64,000 nt of DNA from an uncultured Acidobacteriota bacterium (lineage in GTDB: Bacteria; Acidobacteriota; UBA6911; RPQK01; JAPXNP01), in assembly GCA_963823995.1 (NCBI GenBank), contig CAWGNQ010000006.1:503685-567684 (forward strand), given 5' to 3'. The position numbers and the translations under genes were made by a program. The notes beneath the pieces are model-generated. The model searched no databases and was not told the DNA's origin. It saw only the letters and a program-made list of their open reading frames with translations. Shown here in pieces: positions 26,361 to 33,114 of this stretch (positions within the stretch are counted from its first letter, which is position 1; each line of letters starts with the position of its first letter).

Positions 26361-28099
26361 TTCGGATTCGCCGGGTCTACAGCACAGCGCTCTCCGTCGA
26401 TCGACAGCGCCTCGATCAAGTTCGGCAGATCTTCCGGGCGAACTTTCCTTCGGTGGCCGGATATGCCGACACGCTGGCCCACAAGCTCGATCATCCGTTC
26501 AAATACGGCTATCGTACCTTCCTGCTGGTCAGTGAATCGTCGCTCGCCAAGGTCACCGGATTCTCGCTTTTGCTTCATTTGCCGGAGGTCAACAGCACGG
26601 TCCTCGACTTCATCGCGGTCGGTCGAACGATTCGAGGCGGTGGCGTCGGCACTGCCCTCTACGAGTCCACGCAAAGTTACCTGAAATCCATCGGTTCACG
26701 AGGTCTCTACATGGAGGTGCTCCCGGATGATCCCGCGGTCGTCAAGGATCGCCGCGAACTGAGGGAGAATCGGCGTCGACTCGCTTTCTACGAAGCCCAC
26801 GGTGTTTTTCCGGTCATCGGAACCGAATATGAAACGCCCATCGACGAGTCGCCCGCACCCTATCTGCTGTTCGATCCCCTCGGCCGTAAGGGGCCTCTCC
26901 GCCGATCCGAGGCGCGGAACGTCGTACGCCTTCTGCTGGAGCGCAAGTACTCACACGTGGTTCCACCGGCCTATATCGAGCGGGTCGTCGAGTCCTTCAC
27001 GGATGATCCGGTGCGCATGCGGGAGCCGCGCTATGGCGGCGAGAAGCCCGGCCAGGCAATTCCGCGGGTTTCCGGGAGCGAGTTGCTGGCGCGCCCTTTC
27101 ATCCTGGTTTACGATGATCGGCACCGCGTCCACCATGTCCGTGAGCGGGGCTATGTCGAACGCCCGGCGCGCGTCAAGGCGCTGGTCGAGTCACTGCGGC
27201 CGACCGAGCTCTTCAATGTCGAGGCGCCCCGGAATCACGGCGAGAGTGCGATCCGGAGGGTCCATGACGGTGGTTTCGTCTCATATCTGAAGGCCGTCTG
27301 CCGGACCCTGGAGCAGGCGAAGCCGGTCTATCCGTACGTCTTCCCGATCCGACGCCCCGACCGTAAACCCCGGGAGCTGGCCATCCGTGCGGGCTATTAC
27401 TGCATCGATACGTTTACTCCGCTCGACCGGAATGCCTATGAAGCCGCCCGGGCCTCGGTCAATGTGGCCCTGTCCGCCATGGAAAAGCTGATTCGGGACG
27501 GGTCCGGACTCGCCTATGCTTTGTGCCGGCCACCCGGTCACCATGCCGAGCGCAAGGCATTCGGAGGTTTCTGCTATTTCAACAACGCGGCGATTGCCGC
27601 CAGTGAGCTGAGCCGTTTGGGGCCGGTCGCGCTGCTCGACCTCGATTTTCACCACGGAAACGGAACGCAGGACATCTTCTATCGACGATCGGACGTCTTG
27701 ACCGTTTCGGTTCATGGACATCCGAATTACGCCTATCCCTATTTCTCCGGCTTCGGCGATGAGACGGGCGAAGGGGAGGGGAAGGGCTTCAACTTCAATT
27801 TTCCTCTGCCGGAGGAGTCCGGACCCGAGCGTTACTTCGAAACGCTGCAGAAAGCTCTCAAACAGGTTCATCAGTTCAAGCCTCGTTTCCTCGTTGTTTC
27901 GCTCGGCTTCGACACGATGACGGGAGATCCCACCGGGGCCTTTCTGCTGACGGCGGCCTCCCTCCGGGAAATCGGTCGTCGATTGGGGCGCCTGAACCAC
28001 CCGACCCTCGTCGTGCAGGAGGGTGGCTACAACCTGCGTAACCTTCGCCGGGGTGCTGTTGCGTTCTTTTCGGGTTTTGGAGAGGCATTGTGGACCTGA
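26357..28099 (+). CDS. Fusion protein: N-terminal GNAT acetyltransferase plus C-terminal class-II HDAC-like / acetylpolyamine amidohydrolase deacetylase
   Basis: N-terminal GNAT motif A DFIAVGRTIRGGGVGTALYE. C-terminal HDAC signatures CRPPGHHAERKAFGGFCYFNNAAIAA and LDLDFHHGNGTQDIF with the downstream GFDTMTGDP. Overlaps the kamA-like gene by 4 nt. Confidence 0.75.
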   Translation: MIRIRRVYSTALSVDRQRLDQVRQIFRANFPSVAGYADTLAHKLDHPFKYGYRTFLLVSESSLAKVTGFSLLLHLPEVNSTVLDFIAVGRTIRGGGVGTALYESTQSYLKSIGSRGLYMEVLPDDPAVVKDRRELRENRRRLAFYEAHGVFPVIGTEYETPIDESPAPYLLFDPLGRKGPLRRSEARNVVRLLLERKYSHVVPPAYIERVVESFTDDPVRMREPRYGGEKPGQAIPRVSGSELLARPFILVYDDRHRVHHVRERGYVERPARVKALVESLRPTELFNVEAPRNHGESAIRRVHDGGFVSYLKAVCRTLEQAKPVYPYVFPIRRPDRKPRELAIRAGYYCIDTFTPLDRNAYEAARASVNVALSAMEKLIRDGSGLAYALCRPPGHHAERKAFGGFCYFNNAAIAASELSRLGPVALLDLDFHHGNGTQDIFYRRSDVLTVSVHGHPNYAYPYFSGFGDETGEGEGKGFNFNFPLPEESGPERYFETLQKALKQVHQFKPRFLVVSLGFDTMTGDPTGAFLLTAASLREIGRRLGRLNHPTLVVQEGGYNLRNLRRGAVAFFSGFGEALWT

Positions 28100-28174
28100 T
28101 GGATTCCGGGCGGTGAACTGCCTGTTCCGATACCGAATCGATCGGCGGCCGCTTTACCAGGGGGCGATAGGGCA

Positions 28175-29164
28175 ATGAAGACAGGTCTGGTCTACGATCT
28201 ACGCGATGACTATCTGGCCGAAGGCTGGACGGCCGAAGAGGCGGCTGAGTTCGATTCCGTGTCGACGATCGACGCACTCGTGGAGGCATTGGGCACTCTG
28301 GGGCACGATGTCGAGCGGATCGGGCATGCTCGGCGCCTTTGTGCCCGAATCGTCGAGGGTGCTCGATGGGATCTCGTCTTCAATATCGCGGAGGGCGTGA
28401 AGGGGAGAAGTCGCGAGGCTCAGGTTCCGGCCCTGCTCGAACTGTTCGACATTCCCTATACTTTTTCCGATCCGCTGGTCTGTGCGGCAACCCTCGACAA
28501 AGCCGTTGCGAAGCGGCTGGTCCGTGATGCCGGTCTGCGGACGCCTGATTTCGTTGTTCTCCGCAACCCTGCGGAGATTGCGTCGGTCGACCTGGTTTTT
28601 CCGCTCTTCGTCAAGCCTCTTGCGGAAGGAACGGGGAAGTGGATCGACTCGACTTCAAGGGTCGAGGATCACGAGGGTCTGCAGAGCGTCTGCATGAGTC
28701 TCCTGGCCCGCTCCGGCCAGCCCGTTTTGGTCGAGGAGTACCTCCCGGGTCGGGAGTTTACGACGGGGATCGTCGGTACCGGCTCCCGGGCACAGATCGT
28801 TGGCAGCATGGAGATCACCATCCGCCAGAGCGCCGGAACGGCCGATTATTCCTACACAGTCAAGCAGGAGTGGCGGGAGTTGTGCGACTATCCCGTCCTG
28901 GAGCCGGGAGGGCTGAAGGACGAGGTCGAGAGACTCGCACTGGATTCCTACCTCGCCCTCGAGTGCCGGGACTTGGCCCGGGTGGACCTGCGGCTGGATC
29001 GCGACGGACGCCCCTCCTTCGTCGAGATCAATCCGCTGCCGGGCTTGAATCCCGTCTATTCCGATTTGCCGATTCTCTCGCGCCTGAACGGATGGGAGTA
29101 CGTTGACATCATTCGGGCGGTCGTGGACAGTGCCCTGGAACGGCATGAAGGAGGTGGGCGATGA
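28175..29164 (+). CDS. ATP-grasp ligase, D-alanine-D-alanine ligase (Ddl)-like
   Basis: FPLFVKPLAEGTGKWI, VLVEEYLPGREFTTGIVG and RVDLRLDRDGRPSFVEINPLPGL are ATP-grasp motifs of Ddl-type amino-acid ligases. 329 aa. Confidence 0.7.
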   Translation: MKTGLVYDLRDDYLAEGWTAEEAAEFDSVSTIDALVEALGTLGHDVERIGHARRLCARIVEGARWDLVFNIAEGVKGRSREAQVPALLELFDIPYTFSDPLVCAATLDKAVAKRLVRDAGLRTPDFVVLRNPAEIASVDLVFPLFVKPLAEGTGKWIDSTSRVEDHEGLQSVCMSLLARSGQPVLVEEYLPGREFTTGIVGTGSRAQIVGSMEITIRQSAGTADYSYTVKQEWRELCDYPVLEPGGLKDEVERLALDSYLALECRDLARVDLRLDRDGRPSFVEINPLPGLNPVYSDLPILSRLNGWEYVDIIRAVVDSALERHEGGGR

Positions 29165-30699
29165 AGCCGGCTGAGGTCCTGATTCTCCACAACCTGCCGG
29201 CGGAGCAACCAGCTGTGGGCCTGGAGCGATTTCCGGAATCGGATGAGGGGGTTCTCCGTGAGGCAGCTGCGGTCGCAGACGCCCTTGTGCGGCTCGACGT
29301 CGGATTTCGCAGGGCCGGCGTTCGCACCTTCGAAGACGTGGTCAGTGCCGTCTCGGGAGGGAGAGAATGGCTGGTCGTGAACCTCGTCGAGAGTCTGGGG
29401 GCTGATGCCGCCGACGCCTGCTACGTCCCGATGGTGTGTCGTGCTTTGGGGCGGCAGTTCACCGGAAGTGACAGCCGTTGTCTTGCGATGACCCTGGACA
29501 AGAATCTGGCGAAGTGCGTCTTGCGGTCGCAGGGTGTGCGGACGCCGCAATGGCTTTTCGTGCCTCGCGGCAGTGACGTCGTGACGCACCCGGATCTCGT
29601 TTTTCCGGTCATCGTCAAGCCGGTCGCCGCGGATGCCAGCGAAGGCATCGACCCGGCTTCTGTCGTGAGGCAGCCGGGCATGGAACTGGTGTCGGCCATC
29701 CGGAGGATCCACGAGCGGATGGGACAGGACGCCCTGATCGAGGAGTTTGTGGCGGGCAGAGAATTCAATATTTCGCTTCTTCAGCGAGGCACCGCTCTCG
29801 AAGTCCTGCCGCCGGCGGAGATCGAGTTCGTCGACTTTCCGGCGGGAAAGCCTCGTATTGTGGACTATGCGGCCAAATGGCTTCCCGCCACCTTCGAGTA
29901 CCGGAACACGGTTCGAAAGGTCCCTGCCGAAGTGGACGGACCTCTGGCAAGCGAGATCCGATCGATCGCCCTGGCCGCTTGGGCCGCGGCCGGATGCGGA
30001 GACTATGCGCGGGTGGATCTGAGACTCGACGGCCAGGGAGTGCCGTTTGTCCTTGAAGTGAATGCGAACCCCGATATTTCCCCGGATGGCGGTTTTTCGG
30101 CGGCTCTCGAGGCCGCCGGTGTGACGTTTGCGGACTTTGTGGCGAGTCTCCACGAGAATGCTTCGGCCCGAAGGCGTCCCCTGCAGCTACCGACTCGACG
30201 GATCACGGTCGATGACCGTCTTCGGATTCGCAGGACCGAGGCCGGTGACCGGGACGGGATCGTCAGCCTTCTTTCGGCGACGGGCTTTTTCAAACCGGAC
30301 GAGCTCACGGTCGCAGCTGAAGTGCTTGACGGGACCGTTGCACCGGACAGCACGCATTATCAGTCCTACACGTGCGAGCAGGACGGTTTTCCGGTCGGGT
30401 GGGTCTGCTGGGGCCCCACACCCTGCACGCAGGGAACGTTCGATCTCTACTGGCTGGCAGTCTCGCCGCTCGAGCAGGGGAGGGGCATCGGGAGGCTTCT
30501 GATGCAGTTTGCCGAGGAAAGCATCCGGGACCAGGGTGGGAGGATCATCGTGGTCGAGACCGCCGGCCGCTCGGAGTACGCACCGACGCGGGCGTTCTAT
30601 ACGAGAATCGGCTACTGGGAGCAGGCAAGACTGGTCGACTTCTATGCTCCCGGTGACGACAAGGTCCTTTTCACGAAGCAGTTTCCGCTCGGTGTCTGA
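29161..30699 (+). CDS. Fusion protein: Ddl-like ATP-grasp ligase plus C-terminal GNAT acetyltransferase
   Basis: ATP-grasp: FPVIVKPVAADASEGI, LIEEFVAGREFNISLL and RVDLRLDGQGVPFVLEVNANPDIS. The C-terminal ~170 aa form a GNAT (LAVSPLEQGRGIGRLLMQFA). Overlaps the previous gene by 4 nt. Confidence 0.75.
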   Translation: MKPAEVLILHNLPAEQPAVGLERFPESDEGVLREAAAVADALVRLDVGFRRAGVRTFEDVVSAVSGGREWLVVNLVESLGADAADACYVPMVCRALGRQFTGSDSRCLAMTLDKNLAKCVLRSQGVRTPQWLFVPRGSDVVTHPDLVFPVIVKPVAADASEGIDPASVVRQPGMELVSAIRRIHERMGQDALIEEFVAGREFNISLLQRGTALEVLPPAEIEFVDFPAGKPRIVDYAAKWLPATFEYRNTVRKVPAEVDGPLASEIRSIALAAWAAAGCGDYARVDLRLDGQGVPFVLEVNANPDISPDGGFSAALEAAGVTFADFVASLHENASARRRPLQLPTRRITVDDRLRIRRTEAGDRDGIVSLLSATGFFKPDELTVAAEVLDGTVAPDSTHYQSYTCEQDGFPVGWVCWGPTPCTQGTFDLYWLAVSPLEQGRGIGRLLMQFAEESIRDQGGRIIVVETAGRSEYAPTRAFYTRIGYWEQARLVDFYAPGDDKVLFTKQFPLGV

Positions 30700-30945
30700 C
30701 CGCTCCAGCAGGTACGACTCGATCTCGTCCCAGTAGCCCTGGTCGACGCGGACCTGCTTACAGGACGAGCAGATGGACATCAGACCTCGCTCGATCGGCG
30801 CCCATAGACGAAAAAAGGGCGCCGCGATTGTGCTGCAAGCAGCAGTATTCGCGGCGCCCTGGACGAAGCCGTTACCTGGAATGCCGGACGGCGGGTTGCG
30901 CCGTCCGGTCATGGCGGCGAACATCCTCCGTGATCAATTCGAAGA

Positions 30946-31293
30946 TCAGCGCGAGGCGTGGGCCGCCTGTTGAATGGGCATACCCGCTTCCCGCCAGGCC
31001 TTCATCCCGCCTTCATAGCGGTCGACATGCTCGTAACCTTCCGACTCCAGTTTCTTGGCGGCGGTTTCGGAGGCCGTACAGTCGGACCCGGCACAGTAGA
31101 CGACGATTCGGTGCTCCTTATTCTCCGCTCGTCTGCCGACTTCTCTCAGGAAATCTTCGCGTTCGAGCGGAATGTTCAGTGAGCCCGGAATATGTCCCTC
31201 ATCAAAACTATCCTCGCCCAGCACGTTGATCAAAAGGAAGTCCTCTTTGCGCTTTCTCATATCTTTCAATTCGTCAGTTGACAGCTTTCTCAT
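30946..31293 (-). CDS. Single-domain rhodanese-like sulfurtransferase
   Basis: 115 aa; FLLINVLGEDSFDEGHIPGSLNIP...IVVYCAGSDCTAS (rhodanese active-site loop with Cys). GGAAGGAAAGG Shine-Dalgarno 5 nt upstream of the ATG. Confidence 0.7.
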   Translation of the reverse strand: MRKLSTDELKDMRKRKEDFLLINVLGEDSFDEGHIPGSLNIPLEREDFLREVGRRAENKEHRIVVYCAGSDCTASETAAKKLESEGYEHVDRYEGGMKAWREAGMPIQQAAHASR

Positions 31294-31600
31294 AATGACC
31301 TTTCCTTCCTGATCCTCTGTGACGATAAGTCACATTGGATCATATATTTAAATGATCATATATCTATGTTTCCGAAAATTCGTTGCGAGCACTGTAAAGT
31401 GCCATTTACATAGTCATACAACCAACAAATTAATTATATCAATGGATAGGTCGCATTTCAAAGATGGCTTTGCTGACGTCGAGTCACAGTCACACCACAG
31501 CTCATATAGCATCACAGCCGTGATGATCGGAGGCACCCCGCTCTGTCGCGGGCCGGGTTCGGCGACGCGACACCGCTTCACTGAGGTACTTCTCGCGCTA
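31294..31600. other. AT-rich ~300-bp non-coding spacer between the encapsulin and rhodanese genes, carrying the direct repeats GATCATATAT (31339-31348 and 31354-31363)
   Basis: GC content is strikingly lower than the surroundings. There is no convincing ORF (the listed 107-aa and 77-aa ORFs have no support). A 7-bp inverted repeat TGTCGCG...CGCGACA lies at ~31539-31567, just 3-prime of the encapsulin stop. Confidence 0.5.
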
Positions 31601-32404
31601 TTGCGTCTTCCACTGAATGGGAATGACGGCTGTGCCGTCGAGGACACGAAACGTGAATGTCTCGGTGAAGTATAGCTGGACCTTCCTGGTGTCGTGGTGG
31701 TGGTAGCCGATGGCCAAGTCCTGCCCCAAGGTCAGCTTCATGTCCCCGCCGCGCAAGGAGACGAGCACGGTCTCCTGGAGGAACGGACTGAGGATGATCG
31801 GATTCCCGAGCAGCCGTTCGAGGTGCGTCTTCAGCGGGTAGCACTGGTTGTGTTCGCTGATGCCCTGCCAGAGCTTCGAACCGGCGACCAGAACGTAAGG
31901 CCCATCCACGCCGTTCCGAGCGAATTTGGTGATCCCCACTGCTACGGCCTCGAGCAGGTTTGCGGGATCACCGGAAAAGCTGAGTTCGTCGTACTTGCTG
32001 CACTCGCGCAGACCTTTGATCCCACCGGCGGAAAAACCGTGGTAGATCGCCTGTTCTTCGAACATCGCGATCTTGCGGGCGGCATCTTCCAGGGGGAGGA
32101 GATCGATCGCCTCGTCGCCCCGGGAGGCATTGTCCAGCTCCCAGACATCCAGTTCGAAAAGAATACGAGACTCGATGAGGGGACGAACGGCTCGGATTCC
32201 AAATCCGACTTCTCCCATCGAGGCCTCGTCGGCGTTTGTAAGGCGGCCCAGGGGAACGGCCGAGTAGTCCCATCCGTGGGGACCTGCCACATCGACGATC
32301 CGACGTCCGGACAGGGATGCCCGCAGGACCTCCTGTGCTCGGTGGTCGATGGACTTCCAAGCGGCTTCGGTGATGGGTGCGAGTTCTCTTCTCAAGATGT
32401 TCAT
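31598..32404 (-). CDS. Family 1 encapsulin nanocompartment shell protein (linocin M18-like, HK97 fold)
   Basis: MNILRRELAPITEAAWKSIDHRAQEVLRASLSGRRIVDVAGPHGWDYSAVPLGRL...ILFELDVWELDN...GPYVLVAGSKLW...GQDLAIGY...QLYFTETFTFRV aligns along its whole length with T. maritima-type encapsulins. AAGGAG Shine-Dalgarno 6 nt upstream. Confidence 0.9.
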   Translation of the reverse strand: MNILRRELAPITEAAWKSIDHRAQEVLRASLSGRRIVDVAGPHGWDYSAVPLGRLTNADEASMGEVGFGIRAVRPLIESRILFELDVWELDNASRGDEAIDLLPLEDAARKIAMFEEQAIYHGFSAGGIKGLRECSKYDELSFSGDPANLLEAVAVGITKFARNGVDGPYVLVAGSKLWQGISEHNQCYPLKTHLERLLGNPIILSPFLQETVLVSLRGGDMKLTLGQDLAIGYHHHDTRKVQLYFTETFTFRVLDGTAVIPIQWKTQ

Positions 32405-32439
32405 CGTCGACTCCTTTGACTCTGTACCCGGAGGCGGGG

Positions 32440-32799
32440 CTATTCGTTCAGTTCCCTGAGACCACCGATGCTCAGCCCCTCTCCCGGAGATCCTCCTTCA
32501 GCTGAATCCGAGTCCTCTCCGATCGAGGTGATGTCTCCCTCGGTAAACAGGTAGGTGTGCATTCGTGCGTCCCAGCCCGGCATGTTGCGTCGCAACCATT
32601 CGAGCGTCATGCAGGCATGTTCCATTTCCTCGTCTCGATTGTGGGCGAGGATGGCCTTCAGCTCCTCGTTGTCGGACGATGCGATACGCTGCTGGTACCA
32701 GTCTACAGCTTCGACTTCCTCGATCAGACTGCGCAGGGCCCGTACGTAATCGCGGTCCTGCTCAGACATTTGCTCCGGCGGCTCGTGGTAATCGGTCAT
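32440..32799 (-). CDS. Encapsulated ferritin-like cargo protein (EncFtn/Flp) with C-terminal encapsulin targeting peptide
   Basis: The start is set at the internal ATG 32799 (GGGAGG Shine-Dalgarno 5 nt upstream). EEVEAVDWYQQRIASSDNEELKAILAHNRDEEMEHACMTLEWLRR is nearly identical in pattern to characterised EncFtn proteins. The C-terminal EGLSIGGLRE matches the GSLxIGSL cargo-loading motif. Confidence 0.85.
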   Translation of the reverse strand: MTDYHEPPEQMSEQDRDYVRALRSLIEEVEAVDWYQQRIASSDNEELKAILAHNRDEEMEHACMTLEWLRRNMPGWDARMHTYLFTEGDITSIGEDSDSAEGGSPGEGLSIGGLRELNE

Positions 32800-33070
32800 C
32801 TGAACCTCCCGTCGGTTTGTTGGATTTTCAATCGGCGGCGGTGTGAGCCCAACGACTCTCGAATCGAGCCCTGCTGGCAAGCGGAAAAAGTTGTCTACAA
32901 ATGACTTACATGGTGCCGCCGCTTTCAGTATACAGAGCTGCGGAGGAAACCGACAAGCGATGGGGACGAATACCGGAGAGCGCCACCCCGACTTGCCAAC
33001 TCCGGCCCGGGCCGGTCGCCAAGGGCTGAGGAGTTCCTGGAAAGGAGACCGGAGCCTGGAAACGGGAAAA

Positions 33071-33114
33071 GTGATCGTCCGTGTCCGTCCGCGTCCGTCC
33101 GTGAGTGTCCGTGT
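33071..33114. repeat. Imperfect GTCCGT/GTGTCC hexamer microsatellite (~7 units) immediately 3-prime of the GH5 stop
   Basis: gtgatcGTCCGTGTCCGTCCGCGTCCGTCCGTGAGTGTCCGTGTC, read directly. The pyrimidine/purine strand asymmetry excludes a hairpin. Confidence 0.6.

Noticed and set aside
30187-30924. 245-aa minus ORF beginning MF...MSICSSCKQVRVDQGYWDEIESY
   Set aside because: Most of it is antisense to the ATP-grasp-GNAT gene. The Cys-containing N-terminal stretch in the intergenic region was noted, but there is no Shine-Dalgarno, no domain, and no way to terminate before entering antisense coding DNA.
31352-31675. Small ORFs (107 aa plus, 77 aa minus) in the AT-rich spacer
   Set aside because: There is no RBS, no conserved motif, and the composition is driven by AT-rich non-coding DNA. 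I treated the region as non-coding.
33071-33114. Hexamer repeat as an intrinsic terminator of the GH5 gene
   Set aside because: The repeat is strand-asymmetric (GTCC-rich on one strand). It cannot form a stem-loop and has no U-tract.
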